Source: Bacteroidota bacterium
GTDB lineage: Bacteria; Bacteroidota; Bacteroidia; Bacteroidales; JAGNHN01
DNA length: 64,000 nt
Direction of reading: 5' to 3'
NCBI GenBank assembly: GCA_022710185.1
Contig: JAKLHK010000012.1
Span: 19,245 to 83,244 of the forward strand
Below are positions 1-10,195 of the stretch, one piece after another; the stretch's first letter is position 1; the number at the start of each line of letters is the position of its first letter. The translations under genes and the position numbers were made by a program. Under the pieces are notes generated by a model. That model searched no databases. It was not told where the DNA came from and worked only from the letters and a program-made list of their open reading frames with translations.

Positions 1-1654
1 ATCCAACCATCAGCTCCCTGGCGGTCTGCAGGGCGGCATCGGAAGGACGGTCGCCGCTGAGCATGCGGGCGATCTCCAGGGTACGGTCCTCGCTTTGGAG
101 GGCATGAACCCGGGTGTAGGTTGACTGCTCATCCGTCTCTTTGAATACAAGATAGTGCTTTTCACCACGGGCTGCAATCTGGGGTAGATGGGTTATGGCA
201 ATCACCTGCAGGCGTTGCCCCATTTCTGCCATGATCTGGCCAGTTTTCTGGGCCATTTCCCCGGACACCCCAGTGTCTATTTCATCGAAGATTATGGTAG
301 GCAATACATTACGCTGGGTTATGCAGGACTTGATCGCCAGCATCAGCCGGCTACGCTCCCCCCCAGAAGCGACATGTGAAAGCTCGGCCGCCTTCCCGCC
401 CCTGTTGGCATTGAATAGGAAGCGGGCCCTTTCAGTGCCCTGCGGCCCCGGATGATCCAGGGCTTCAAGCTTAATTTCGAAACTGGCCTCGGGCATGCCC
501 AGACGCTGGATGATACTCAGCAGATGGGCGCTCAGCTCGGCCTGATGCGCCTCTCTTCCCTTGTGCAGCCCATCCGCCTGCAGCAGCAGCAGTTCCTCCG
601 TCTGCTTCAGCTCCTTTTCCAGGAGCCGCATCTCCTGTTGACGGTCGCTGCCCTCGGCAAGCAGCCTCCCGAGGTTCTCCATCAGTTCCAGTAAGGCATG
701 TTCGTCTGCGGCACCATGCTTGCGCAGCAGCCGGTAGATGAGGTCCAGCCTTTCTTCATATCCTGCCAGGAGCGAAGGGTCAGGCCAGGCCATATCCCTG
801 AGACGGACGAGTTCATCAGAGGCATCTCTTGCCTCGATGCGCAGGCTCTCCAGGCGCCCGGCCAATTCCCCGGCATCGGGCAGGTGCTTGCCCGCTTCAT
901 TCAGGCGGTGGATGACATCCCTTAGCTGCTGGTCTATGTTACCGTCTGCTTCCACCAGGGCGTTGACGCTGAAAAACAAGGCCTGCTGCAGGCTTTCGGC
1001 GTGGCGCATGCGGGCCAGTTCGTGCCCCAGCTCTTCCGACTCCCCTTCCTGCAGGGCGGCCGACTGCAGTTCATCGAAAAGGAATTGATGATAGTCCCTC
1101 TCCTGGGCAAAGCGAATCTCCTCCTGCCGCAGCAGTTCCAGGTTGCCGGTAAGCTTGCGGTACCTCTCCCAGGTCTGTGCGTAACCCTGCACCAGGTCTT
1201 CCTGGCCTGCATATTCGTCCAGCAGGGTCAGCTGTACGTCGGCAGCGTTGAGAGCCAGGGTGCGATGCTGGGAATGGATGTCAACCAGTTGCTCGCCCAG
1301 GTCTTTCATTTGCTGAAGGGTGACCGGACTGTCGTTGATAAAGGCCCGGGACTTGCCCGAGGGTAGTATCTCCCTCCTTAGGATGGTCTCTTCGGCATAG
1401 TCCAGGCCATTGGCCTCGAAGAATGCCTCGAGGCCGTATCCTGCAATACCGAATGTCCCTTCAATAACGCATTTGGTGCCGGGATCACGCATCACTTCGA
1501 AGGAGGCCCGCTGACCGAGGATCAGGGAGAGGGCCCCCAGCAAGATGGACTTCCCTGCCCCAGTCTCCCCGGTGATCACACTCAGGCCTGGCCCAAATCC
1601 GAGATGCAGGTTCTCGATGAGCACATAGTTCCTGATGTCGAGCGATCTGATCAT
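1..1654 (-). CDS. recN: DNA repair protein RecN (3' end runs off the window; about 551 codons present)
   Basis: Absent from the ORF track because there is no stop codon in the window. Manual minus-strand translation from the ATG at 1654..1652 gives MIRSLDIRNYVLIENLHL..VITGETGAGKSILLGAL (Walker A), a long coiled-coil middle, and ..ASGGERSRLMLAIK..IIFDEIDTGVSG (ABC signature and Walker B). The frame is open to position 1. Confidence 0.9.
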   Translation of the reverse strand, partial: MIRSLDIRNYVLIENLHLGFGPGLSVITGETGAGKSILLGALSLILGQRASFEVMRDPGTKCVIEGTFGIAGYGLEAFFEANGLDYAEETILRREILPSGKSRAFINDSPVTLQQMKDLGEQLVDIHSQHRTLALNAADVQLTLLDEYAGQEDLVQGYAQTWERYRKLTGNLELLRQEEIRFAQERDYHQFLFDELQSAALQEGESEELGHELARMRHAESLQQALFFSVNALVEADGNIDQQLRDVIHRLNEAGKHLPDAGELAGRLESLRIEARDASDELVRLRDMAWPDPSLLAGYEERLDLIYRLLRKHGAADEHALLELMENLGRLLAEGSDRQQEMRLLEKELKQTEELLLLQADGLHKGREAHQAELSAHLLSIIQRLGMPEASFEIKLEALDHPGPQGTERARFLFNANRGGKAAELSHVASGGERSRLMLAIKSCITQRNVLPTIIFDEIDTGVSGEMAQKTGQIMAEMGQRLQVIAITHLPQIAARGEKHYLVFKETDEQSTYTRVHALQSEDRTLEIARMLSGDRPSDAALQTARELMVG

Positions 1655-1660
1655 GGGACA

Positions 1661-1691
1661 GAAAAAATAGTCAGCACAGGGCTGGCTGACT
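1661..1691 (-). terminator. Possible intrinsic terminator after the DUF4835 gene
   Basis: 7-bp stem AGTCAGC(1669-1675)/GCTGACT(1685-1691), followed on the minus strand by a U-run (A6 at 1662-1667). It sits only 7 nt before the recN start, so its role is uncertain. Confidence 0.35.
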
Positions 1692-1735
1692 CAAAGATAA
1701 CATTTACGGTACAATGCGTGCCCCACCACCAGGCT

Positions 1736-2644
1736 TCAGTTGGTGGTGGTCTGCATGATCTTGTCGTACTTGGCGTTGTTGGCCGGGTCGATCTCTTTCA
1801 GGGTGTTTACGGCCTTGGTCTTGTCCATAGGAGAGGCCTGGGAATAGACGTTGATCAGCTCATCCCGCTTGGCATCCATCATCAGCTGCAGCAGGAAGAG
1901 CCCGGGCTTCTCACGGCTGGCCTTGCGTAGGTACTCTATGCTTTGTGTGATTTCAGAACGGCCCATTTCCACATTTTCAGACATCTGGTCGAGGCCCATG
2001 CGGTGGTAGGAATACAGGAACTGCCGGATCGGGGAATACGAGGAGTTCATCAGGTTTTCCACCAGCCAATAACGGTTCTTGAGGCTCTCGAAGGCCTTCC
2101 ATCCCCTTTCCGATGCGCTCTGGGCTGAGTTGACAATGCCCTGGGCCTTTTCGTAATAGGGCGTTCCCCCATTGGGAGAATAGCTGTCGAAATCCAGGCC
2201 AAGCATCACATAACAATAAAAGGCCACCACAGAAGTGAGGTTGGAGGTGAAGTTGTTCTCCTGGAATTCCAGGGTCTCGTACTCCACATACCGGAAGGTG
2301 AAGTCCTTGTCGATATAGTTCAGCAGCACCGAATTATAGGAAGTTTTGTAGATGGGGCGCCTCAGCTGCACGTTGATGGTCCCCTTGAACTCATCGGTAC
2401 TGATGCGGTCCTGCACGGTAATCATCATGGTGCATTCAATGCGTTCCTCCACCTTGTAATCGTAGTTCGTCCACTTGCGCTGGTTGATGAACTCGTACAG
2501 GGCCGTTTGAAGGGTCTGGTAGATCCTGCGGTCGGTTCCTTCGATCTGTGGCGTGGATACACTAATGGTGCAGTTGAACTCCTGGGCCAGCGCGGTCCAG
2601 GTGCTGAAAATAAACAGGAGGCTTATGATGAATTTCCTTGGCAT
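1736..2644 (-). CDS. DUF4835 family protein (annotated in some Bacteroidota as T9SS-associated PorD), secreted
   Basis: 302-aa ORF with signal peptide MPRKFIISLLFIFSTWTALAQ. It holds the conserved position between recN and coaBC typical of Bacteroidota. The family assignment is from recall of sequence and synteny. Confidence 0.7.
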   Translation of the reverse strand: MPRKFIISLLFIFSTWTALAQEFNCTISVSTPQIEGTDRRIYQTLQTALYEFINQRKWTNYDYKVEERIECTMMITVQDRISTDEFKGTINVQLRRPIYKTSYNSVLLNYIDKDFTFRYVEYETLEFQENNFTSNLTSVVAFYCYVMLGLDFDSYSPNGGTPYYEKAQGIVNSAQSASERGWKAFESLKNRYWLVENLMNSSYSPIRQFLYSYHRMGLDQMSENVEMGRSEITQSIEYLRKASREKPGLFLLQLMMDAKRDELINVYSQASPMDKTKAVNTLKEIDPANNAKYDKIMQTTTN

Positions 2645-2668
2645 GGGCTGATAATGGCTTACTGCGGC

Positions 2669-3880
2669 CTATTGGGCCGGTCCCGAAAGGGCGCGGCGGA
2701 TTTCGTTCACAATGTCGTTGGCCACTTCCTCCTTCGACTTCAGGGGGTAGGCCTTTTCCGTTCCATCCCGGCTGATGATGACCACTTTGTTGGTAGGCGT
2801 AGCAAAGCCAGCCCCTTTGTCCCGAAGGGAGTTGAGCACGATGAGGTCGGCATTTTTCTCCTGCAGCTTATGGCGGGCATTCTCCCTCTCCTTGTCGGTC
2901 TCCAACGCAAACCCGACCACCACCTGATCTGTACGTCGAGCCTTTCCAATCCCGGCCAGGATGTCTTCCGTGGCCTTGAGGGTGAGCTGCATCTCGAGGT
3001 TTCCCTGCTTCTTGATCTTGCTCCGGTGCACCGTGGCAGGACTGAAATCTGCGACCGCAGCGGCCATGATGATTACGGTATGCGCTGGGAGCTGGACCAT
3101 GACCTCTTCCTGCATCTGGGCGGCAGTGACTACATCGATGCGGTGTATGCCGGGTCTATGCGTCGACAGGGCCGTAGGACCGGTGATCAGGGTAACCTGG
3201 GCACCCCGCATGGCCAGGTTCTCGGCCAGGGCAAAGCCCATTTTTCCGCTGCTATGATTGCCGAAGTAACGAACCGGATCCAGGGGTTCATGTGTGGGCC
3301 CGGCCGTCACCAGGGCATGAACACCTTCCATGTCCTTTGCGGTCAGGGCCAGCCGAATAACCTCGAGGATCATTTCCGGCTCCTCCATCCTCCCTGCGCC
3401 ACAAAGCCCCGACGCCAGTTCTCCGGTCTGGGGCTCGATGAGGTGATGGCCCATGCGGGTCAGCCGGTGAATGTTCTCCTGGGTGGTGGGGTGACGGTAC
3501 ATGTCAAGGTCCATGGCCGGAGCAAAATACACAGGGCATTTGGCGGAAAGATAGACGGTCATCAGGAAATTGTCCGCGATGCCATGGGCCATTTTGGCCA
3601 GGGTGTTGGCCGAGGCCGGGGCGATCACAAAAAGGTCGGCCCAGCGGCCCAGGTCCACATGGCTGTTCCAGAGGCCGTCCCTGGGGTCGAAGGCCTCAGT
3701 CCAAACCGGCCTTTTCGAAAGCGTGGACAAGGTCAAGGGGGTAACGAAGTCATGGGCGGAAGGTGTCATCACCACCCGCACATTGGCCCCTTCCTTCATC
3801 AGCAGGCGCACCAGCAACGGTACCTTGTAGGCTGCGATGCTGCCGGTCACCCCGATCAGGATGTTCTTGTCCCTCAACAT
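2669..3880 (-). CDS. coaBC: Bifunctional phosphopantothenoylcysteine decarboxylase / phosphopantothenate-cysteine ligase
   Basis: 403 aa with N-terminal flavoprotein motif ILIGVTGSIAAYK and a C-terminal DFP/CoaB domain (..VTAGPTHEPLDPVRYFGNHSSGKMG..). Confidence 0.93.
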   Translation of the reverse strand: MLRDKNILIGVTGSIAAYKVPLLVRLLMKEGANVRVVMTPSAHDFVTPLTLSTLSKRPVWTEAFDPRDGLWNSHVDLGRWADLFVIAPASANTLAKMAHGIADNFLMTVYLSAKCPVYFAPAMDLDMYRHPTTQENIHRLTRMGHHLIEPQTGELASGLCGAGRMEEPEMILEVIRLALTAKDMEGVHALVTAGPTHEPLDPVRYFGNHSSGKMGFALAENLAMRGAQVTLITGPTALSTHRPGIHRIDVVTAAQMQEEVMVQLPAHTVIIMAAAVADFSPATVHRSKIKKQGNLEMQLTLKATEDILAGIGKARRTDQVVVGFALETDKERENARHKLQEKNADLIVLNSLRDKGAGFATPTNKVVIISRDGTEKAYPLKSKEEVANDIVNEIRRALSGPAQ

Positions 3881-3892
3881 GCCCGCAAGGAC

Positions 3893-4231
3893 TTAGGGAT
3901 TGCTGTCCCGCATCTCCTTGATCGGATTACGGAAATAGATCTGATCCTCCAGGTATTCCTGAATGGCGAGCAGTGTGGGCTTGGGGAGCTTCTCGTAGTA
4001 TTTGGCGATCTCGATCTGTTCCTTGTTCTCGAATACCTCTTCCAGGTTGTCAGAGGTCTGGGTGAACTCGGAGATTTTCTTGTTCAGCTCCTCCTTCAGG
4101 TCCATCCCAATCTGGTTGGCGCGTTTGGAGAGGATGACAATGGTTTCGTAGACATTATCGGTCCCGTTCACGAAATCGCGCATCCTGCGGGTGACGGCCT
4201 GATTGTCGGCTTTGATCCGTTTGTATTCCAT
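3893..4231 (-). CDS. rpoZ: DNA-directed RNA polymerase subunit omega (Bacteroidota long form)
   Basis: 112 aa. NVYETIVILSKRANQI...NLEEVFENKEQIEIAKYYEKLPKPTLLAIQEYL matches the Bacteroidota omega pattern, and it has the typical position between bamD and coaBC. Confidence 0.8.
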   Translation of the reverse strand: MEYKRIKADNQAVTRRMRDFVNGTDNVYETIVILSKRANQIGMDLKEELNKKISEFTQTSDNLEEVFENKEQIEIAKYYEKLPKPTLLAIQEYLEDQIYFRNPIKEMRDSNP

Positions 4232-4242
4232 ATAGTGTGTAG

Positions 4243-5046
4243 TTATGAACCCAGGTTGGGATTGACTTTCAGGATGTTATCCCTGAGGTTGCGGGCATTC
4301 CTGAGGTAGGTGCTCTCCGGAAATTCCGCGGAAAAACTGTTGTATGCATCCAGGGCCTCGGCGTAGCGCTCGGCCTGACGGGCGGGTATGCTGCGGTTGG
4401 CGTAATAGTAGGCAGAACGGAAAATGTCCCTCAGTATGACCTCCCGCTGACTGGTGCCGGGAAACTCTTTGAGCACATTACGGTAGCTTGTGATGGCAGC
4501 CTTATAATCCTCCATGCGGAAATAGAGGTTGGCGATAGAAATGGCCTTGTCCTCCAGCTTTCCCCTGAGCTGGTCGATGAGCATATTACACTCCTCCACC
4601 CGTGTGCTGGCAGGATAGAGGTTGGTAAACAGCTGCAGTTCGTTGATGGCATCGTAGGTGCTGGTCTGGTCCAGGGATGCCCGGGGCGAGTCCATGAACA
4701 TGCAGTAGGCGGCCATAAAGGCGCATTCCTCAGCATACTGGCTCTTGGGGAAATTTTTGGTGAAACGCTTGAAATAGTGGCTCGCCAGGATATATTGCTT
4801 CTGCTCGTAATAACCCTGGGCAGTATAGTAGTAAATCATCTCGGCCTTATCGGTGCCCCGGTATACAGGGATAAGCTGATCGAAGAGCTGCTCGGCCCGG
4901 TAGTAATCGCCTTTCTGGAAATAGGCCACCGCCTTTTCATACTTCAGTTCGTTGTCGTTGCCTTTCAGTAATTTCTGATAATCCCCGCAGGAAACCAGGG
5001 CCAGGGCAAACAACAAAGACAGCAGAAAGAAGGGTTTTCCAAACAT
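4243..5046 (-). CDS. bamD: Outer membrane protein assembly factor BamD (TPR lipoprotein)
   Basis: The ORF extends to 5097, but the internal ATG at 5046 gives a lipoprotein signal MFGKPFFLLSLLFALALVSCGD. It has TPR-like repeats and the conserved rpoZ neighbourhood. Confidence 0.8.
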   Translation of the reverse strand: MFGKPFFLLSLLFALALVSCGDYQKLLKGNDNELKYEKAVAYFQKGDYYRAEQLFDQLIPVYRGTDKAEMIYYYTAQGYYEQKQYILASHYFKRFTKNFPKSQYAEECAFMAAYCMFMDSPRASLDQTSTYDAINELQLFTNLYPASTRVEECNMLIDQLRGKLEDKAISIANLYFRMEDYKAAITSYRNVLKEFPGTSQREVILRDIFRSAYYYANRSIPARQAERYAEALDAYNSFSAEFPESTYLRNARNLRDNILKVNPNLGS

Positions 5047-5126
5047 GGCGCAAAAGTAAGCATTTTGGGCGTACGGCAGAACGCTGCCCGGTTCCAATTA
5101 TTTTGTGCTCAGCTTCCTCGGGGGCT

Positions 5127-6467
5127 TCATGGGCGTGTTTTTCGGCTGATACTGCCGTAGGCTGTCAGGCAACGTACCCTGGCCTGGGCATGGTCAAGCA
5201 TGGGCCGGGGATACCCGCTACGCCCGAACTCGGGCACCCAGCGCCGGATGTAGTCGGAATGCGGATCGAATTTCTGTTGCTGGGTCCAGGGATTGAAAAT
5301 GCGAAAATAGGGTGCGGCATCGCATCCTGTACCTGCAGCCCACTGCCAGTTCCCGTTATTGGATGCCAGCTCGTAATCCAGGAGATGACGGGCAAACCAG
5401 GCCTCCCCTATCCTCCAGTCGATGAGCAGGTGCTTGCTAAGGAAGCTGGCGACAATCATGCGCACGCGGTTGTGCATGAACCCGGTGGCCAGCAGTTCGC
5501 GCATGCCGGCATCGACGATGGGGAAACCGGTGGTCCCTTCCATCCAGCGCTTCATATCCCCGGGATCGTTGATCCAGGGCAGGGCATCGTATTCGCTGCG
5601 GAAGGCCCCTTCGGTCACATGGGGAAAATGCCACATCACCTGCATAAAGAACTCACGCCATATCAGCTCGTTGAGCCAGGTCTCACTAAGGCCGAGGGCC
5701 AGGGAAACCGCTTCCCTCACTGGGATGGTGCCGAACCTAAGCAAGGCTCCGATACGGCTTGTTCCTGCCAGGTCCGGACGATCCCTGTGGTCTGCATATC
5801 CACTGATCAGGTCGGATACAGGGGGAAAGCTGCCCGTTTCATAGGCTGATGCCCGGAATCCGATCTCCTCCAGCGAAGGAAGTCGGGTAATGAAGGAGAG
5901 GAAGGGGCCGGCCGGGTCAGGAAGCGGCGATATGGCGCCGGGGTCGGATGCCAGGCGTTCCTTCCACCTACGGCTATATGGCGTGAAAACGGTATAGGGC
6001 TTGCCGTCAGGTTTAAGGACTTCGGCGGGGCCGAACACCACCTGGTCCTTGACGGCATGAAACGCTATCCCCTGGCGGCACAGGCCTTCGCTTATATGGT
6101 CATCTCGCCTGCGGGCATAGGGCTCGTAGTCCTCGGTGCAGAACACCTCCCTGATGTCGAGTGAGCGGGTCAGCCATTCCCAGGCCTGGGCCGGCCGGGC
6201 ATGGATAACGTAGAGGGCGCTGTTTCTGCGGCCCAGATCTTCCTGCATACGCATCAAGGCGTCCATGATGAGGCTGAGCCGGCGGTCGTCACGGTCCTCC
6301 AGGGGTTCCAGGATGTCAGGATCGAAGATGAACAACGGCATCACGGGCAGTCCGGAAGCCATCGCCATAGCCAGTCCGCGGTGGTCCCGGAGCCGGAGGT
6401 CGCGCCTGAACCAGAATATATTGAGGGGCCCTTGAGTTGGGGGCAAGGGAGAAAAGGTCTTCAGCAT
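5127..6467 (-). CDS. phrB: Deoxyribodipyrimidine photo-lyase / cryptochrome family FAD-binding protein
   Basis: 446 aa with ..TGFPIVDAGMRELLATGFMHNRVRMIVASFL..NGNWQWAAGTGCDAAPYFRIFNPWTQQQKFD, the hallmark C-terminal FAD-binding region. Confidence 0.88.
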   Translation of the reverse strand: MLKTFSPLPPTQGPLNIFWFRRDLRLRDHRGLAMAMASGLPVMPLFIFDPDILEPLEDRDDRRLSLIMDALMRMQEDLGRRNSALYVIHARPAQAWEWLTRSLDIREVFCTEDYEPYARRRDDHISEGLCRQGIAFHAVKDQVVFGPAEVLKPDGKPYTVFTPYSRRWKERLASDPGAISPLPDPAGPFLSFITRLPSLEEIGFRASAYETGSFPPVSDLISGYADHRDRPDLAGTSRIGALLRFGTIPVREAVSLALGLSETWLNELIWREFFMQVMWHFPHVTEGAFRSEYDALPWINDPGDMKRWMEGTTGFPIVDAGMRELLATGFMHNRVRMIVASFLSKHLLIDWRIGEAWFARHLLDYELASNNGNWQWAAGTGCDAAPYFRIFNPWTQQQKFDPHSDYIRRWVPEFGRSGYPRPMLDHAQARVRCLTAYGSISRKTRP

Positions 6468-6473
6468 AGGGGA

Positions 6474-9400
6474 TCACATCAGTATGCCCGGGATGCGCCA
6501 CCTGCGGCGCAGCAGGAAGAGGGAGATAAGGAAGATGGCCATGGCGGGGCCCAGGGCGAGGTAGATCGGTTGCCAGGGGGAACGGAAGGAAACCGGGGCC
6601 GTGTCGCCGATATTCACGAAACTCGACCAGAAGTAGGGGCTTGCGGCGAGTTCGCCGGCCTGAGTGATATAATCCAGTTTGGCACGCCTGAGGGCCTCGT
6701 CCTTGGGGAGCCCTTCCTTGAGGTAGGCATAGAACGACTCCATGATGGCGGCAGTGGAACGGTCCTCTACCTTCCACAGGCTGATCACGAGGCTGGGGAC
6801 GCCGGAGTACATGAACCCCCGGGCAAGGGTCATGAGCCCCTCCCCTTTCACGTGCTGCCCATAGCCGGTATTGCAGGCGCTGAGCACGGCGAGCTCGGCG
6901 TTCAGCTTCATATTGAAAAGCTCATAAGTGTTGAGGTACCCATCTTCATCTGTGCCCTGTTCGGGGAAGAAGGCCAGGCGACTGTACATGGGCTGGTCGT
7001 TGTTCACCAGGCCGTGGGTGGCGATGTGCAGGATGCGGTAGCCCGAGGCCAGGGCCTTGAAGCGGGATTCTGTGGCTTCCTCCTGCATGAGTATCTTACC
7101 CTTCAATATCTTACCGATGGCGGCTACCTCGTAAAGGGTCTGGGGCAGGTTCATCAGCTCCCCTCCGCGCTCGGCAAAGCGGCTGGCGTTGAGGGCCAGG
7201 GGGGCGTCGGGGTTGAACACGGCAGGTGCGAATGCCAGCAGTTCTCCCCGGGCGTGGCCTTTGGGGCGTTCGAGGGCCTTGATGAGCAAGGCGGCGGAAT
7301 AGCCGTAACTCACGCTGTGGTCGCGCAGCACATAATGTAGGTCGCGGTAATTGATGCGGTCGGTGCGCGAGGCCCGGGAGAGCAGTGACTCGAAAGAAAT
7401 ATATCCCAGCTGCCCGTCCGGGATGATGATGAGCTTGCGGTCTTGTATGAGCGCTTCAAAGGGGTGCAGCAGGATGGCATAGAGGGCATAGGCACTGTTC
7501 ACATAGTCGCGGAACACTTCCCGGGGGGCGCTGACGAGTTGGCCGAGGTCCTGGCGGTTGGGCAGATGGGCGATCAGCGTTTCCAGGGGGGTGGTCAGCA
7601 CCTGGTTCTCGATGCTGACGCCCATTGGGGTCACGCAGAATCCGACCAGGAAGGAGTCGGAGATGTAGTATTCGATCAGGGCCTCATCGGGCTGCAGGCG
7701 GTACTGGATCTCCCGCATGCTGTATATGCGGTTCTCGTACTTGTACTGGTAATATTCGGGGAAGTAGCGTTCGAAGCTGAGGGTAAGCTGGTCCTGTTGC
7801 GTTTGCAGTTGCAGGAGGCGCATCTCCCAGTTCGACATTTTCAGGGAATCGGGCTGGCTGAGCTGGCGTTCTTCGTAGATCAGCTTCTGGAAGGCGGCAA
7901 TGTCGCGGCGCAGGCGGGCTTCTTTGGCCAGGAGGGAGTCGGGGATATCGGCAAACTGACGGGCATCACTTTCCCGGATCTGTTGGTACAGCAGGCTGGC
8001 CTTGGAGCGTTCGGCGATATTGAAGGCCCTTTCGGCATAGGCCATGCTGCCGGTGGCCTTGTATAGTTCAAGGGAGTAGGCCACGGCCTTCTCGTAAATC
8101 TTCTGATGGGAGGCCGTGATCTCCATTTTGCTGGAGTTACTCAGCTGCAGGGTCTTGGTCTTGTCGATCAGGTCGATGAGGTAGGCATAATGTTTCTGTA
8201 CCTCCTGCAGGTGCTGCAGGCTGCGGTCGTACTTCAGGCGTTCTTCAAGGGCCCTGGATTTCTTCTGTACGATGCGGAAGAGTTCGATGGTTTGGAAGGA
8301 GTTGAGGCTGTTACTGCTAGATAACAGTGCGCTTGGCTGTTCTTTGTTTAATAGGATGCCTATGGCGTCATTATAAAATCTCAATGCTTTTTTTATATTC
8401 GAATAGGCATAAACATCAGCAAGATACTCATAACACCAAGCTGTATTATGACTTCTTGGGCCATAATTTCGTAAAGAATAGTCCAACGCGTGAGTAACAT
8501 AAAATTCCGCATCCTTTCTCTTGCCAATCGAATTCAGAAATTCACTGTACAGAAGATATGTATTGTTAAAATTATCCCGATTAGTTACCCGATTATTAAT
8601 GCTTAACTTTATAATTTCTTTGAAATATTTGTCAGCAGATGCATTATTTCCAGCGGCTGCATGAGCCATAGCAAGATTTTTTGTAATATCATTTTGAGAG
8701 TTAATGTTATTATCAGCAATAGTAGAATTTGCTAGATTGAAACTACTGATTGCTTCGTTGTATTGGTTGAATGAATAATATATATTTCCTTCTTCAAGCA
8801 AAACTTTTACCATCTCATTGCTAAGAATCGACTTATTTAGCAAAACAATCCTTTTGGCATTCTTTGTGTATTGTAGCGCTTTATCTTTGTCCCTAATATT
8901 CTTGTATATTCTTGACTTTGCCAAGTTTAAGGAAACTAGTGTTCTTGGACTGTTAATGTTTGGGTACAATGATTCATAGTGATTTAGCACCTTCAATCCT
9001 TCATCATATCGTCCTAGAATAATATACAGGCTTGACAAATTTGTTGCAGACAAAATAATTTTATCATCATCTTCTATACCAATCTTTGTCTTTATTTCAA
9101 GTGCTCTTAAATAATTTTGCAATGCTAGATCATAGTTTCCAAGCTTACGCTCAATTACCCCTATGTTATTGTGAATTGAGGCTAAAAGATAAGACTCCTT
9201 TGCACCAAAATAAATATTATGCAGAGATAAACTCTTAAATACAGACTCTTTAGCCTGATCAACAGAACCAAGAAGATATTCATTAGCAAAATTCAATGAA
9301 TAAAATAGGATAAGCAGCGAATCATAATTAGCATCAACCCTATTTTCAATGATTTTGCAGTACATGCTGCTTATTTCCTTTGACTCACTATATTTTCCCG

Positions 9401-9872
9401 TATTATATAAAACCTTGGCCGTAAAATAATTATACCATAACTTAGCATAAAAATCATTAGGTGAGTCATCTAATACCCTATTAGCGACATGCGAAATTGA
9501 CTCAAACTCAGTGACACCATCAATTTGGACCAGTGAAACCAAAGCCTTAAACAATTCCACGTTATACGGGTATCCCTGCTGTTTATATGCTGTTGCAAGA
9601 GCATAGTATTGAACAACAAGGCTATCTTGAAGAGCCCTCTCTTCGAAATAGGCAACCCTAGCATATATTGACTTAGAGGTTTGCTTAACTTTTTGTATAT
9701 TTACCCCATTGGAAATAAGCAGTCTGCCAACTGCGTCATAACTTGATGACCTCTCAAGTTGTGCGTAAGTAGCTTCTGCACATATTGATCCTACGCCAAA
9801 CAGGAACACTAGGATAACCTGGATACTGAGGCTTGGGATAATATAGCTTGTATGTCTGCCTGTCCTCTTCAA
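6474..9872 (-). CDS. TPR-repeat / CHAT-domain (caspase-like) protease with N-terminal signal or anchor and C-terminal transmembrane anchor
   Basis: 1132-aa uninterrupted ORF with a TTG start. The N-terminus is MKRTGRHTSYIIPSLSIQVILVFLFGVGSICAEA. About 500 aa of Asn/Lys/Tyr-rich TPR-like repeats follow. The C-terminal CHAT region has the His..Cys dyad contexts ILHIATHG and AVLSACNTG. The last 35 aa are a TM helix plus RRRWR. The 5' 1.5 kb is strikingly AT-rich. Confidence 0.85.
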   Translation of the reverse strand: MKRTGRHTSYIIPSLSIQVILVFLFGVGSICAEATYAQLERSSSYDAVGRLLISNGVNIQKVKQTSKSIYARVAYFEERALQDSLVVQYYALATAYKQQGYPYNVELFKALVSLVQIDGVTEFESISHVANRVLDDSPNDFYAKLWYNYFTAKVLYNTGKYSESKEISSMYCKIIENRVDANYDSLLILFYSLNFANEYLLGSVDQAKESVFKSLSLHNIYFGAKESYLLASIHNNIGVIERKLGNYDLALQNYLRALEIKTKIGIEDDDKIILSATNLSSLYIILGRYDEGLKVLNHYESLYPNINSPRTLVSLNLAKSRIYKNIRDKDKALQYTKNAKRIVLLNKSILSNEMVKVLLEEGNIYYSFNQYNEAISSFNLANSTIADNNINSQNDITKNLAMAHAAAGNNASADKYFKEIIKLSINNRVTNRDNFNNTYLLYSEFLNSIGKRKDAEFYVTHALDYSLRNYGPRSHNTAWCYEYLADVYAYSNIKKALRFYNDAIGILLNKEQPSALLSSSNSLNSFQTIELFRIVQKKSRALEERLKYDRSLQHLQEVQKHYAYLIDLIDKTKTLQLSNSSKMEITASHQKIYEKAVAYSLELYKATGSMAYAERAFNIAERSKASLLYQQIRESDARQFADIPDSLLAKEARLRRDIAAFQKLIYEERQLSQPDSLKMSNWEMRLLQLQTQQDQLTLSFERYFPEYYQYKYENRIYSMREIQYRLQPDEALIEYYISDSFLVGFCVTPMGVSIENQVLTTPLETLIAHLPNRQDLGQLVSAPREVFRDYVNSAYALYAILLHPFEALIQDRKLIIIPDGQLGYISFESLLSRASRTDRINYRDLHYVLRDHSVSYGYSAALLIKALERPKGHARGELLAFAPAVFNPDAPLALNASRFAERGGELMNLPQTLYEVAAIGKILKGKILMQEEATESRFKALASGYRILHIATHGLVNNDQPMYSRLAFFPEQGTDEDGYLNTYELFNMKLNAELAVLSACNTGYGQHVKGEGLMTLARGFMYSGVPSLVISLWKVEDRSTAAIMESFYAYLKEGLPKDEALRRAKLDYITQAGELAASPYFWSSFVNIGDTAPVSFRSPWQPIYLALGPAMAIFLISLFLLRRRWRIPGILM

Positions 9873-9928
9873 AACTTATGGAATGGGTAAATATACAAAA
9901 CTTGTGTCATTTTCTAAAATATACGATC

Positions 9929-10195
9929 ATGAGCATCAAAACGGAAGAAAATAATTCAACAATTTTTCAAACAACTCAGAACATGGAACTTATGAACACA
10001 ATTGAAATGCTCTCAGTTCGAGGAGGGCGGCTTTCTTACGGTCCGAGAAAACTCTCAGAGGCTGATATTGAAGTGCCAGACCTTACCTATTCTGGACCAA
10101 AGACGACTTCTGAAAGCGATTTGGAGCAACCAGATCTTACTCAATCCCTCTCGAGGCGTCGTAAATCCTGCCTTCCTACCATATTCTGCTGGTAG
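9929..10195 (+). CDS. Double-glycine-leader peptide precursor 1 (88 aa, two GP..PDLT modules plus a basic/Cys tail)
   Basis: This is the in-frame sub-ORF of track ORF 9848..10195. Leader: MSIKTEENNSTIFQTTQNMELMNTIEMLSVRGG. Core: RLSYGPRKLSEADIEVPDLT YSGPKTTSESDLEQPDLT QSLSRRRKSCLPTIFCW. The leader is paralogous to peptide 2 (NSxIF, EM(L/I)S(V/I)(R/K)GG). The start at 9929 avoids overlap with the CHAT gene start. Confidence 0.6.
   Translation: MSIKTEENNSTIFQTTQNMELMNTIEMLSVRGGRLSYGPRKLSEADIEVPDLTYSGPKTTSESDLEQPDLTQSLSRRRKSCLPTIFCW
10034..10141 (+). repeat. Tandem 54-nt (18-codon) coding repeat inside peptide 1
   Basis: SYGPRKLSEADIEVPDLT (10034-10087) against YSGPKTTSESDLEQPDLT (10088-10141). 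The amino-acid motif is conserved with different synonymous codons. Confidence 0.65.

Noticed and set aside
2507-4309. 600-aa plus-strand ORF spanning the coaBC/rpoZ region
   Set aside because: It is antisense to three well-supported minus-strand genes. The sequence is low-complexity and Gly/His/Arg/Leu-rich with no recognisable motif. This is a typical shadow ORF of GC-rich DNA.
9848-9928. Upstream extension of peptide 1 (MYVCLSSSKLMEWVNIQNLCHFLKYTI..)
   Set aside because: It overlaps the TTG start of the divergent CHAT gene. Paralogy with peptide 2 begins at ..ENNSTIF.., so the ATG at 9929 is the more plausible start.
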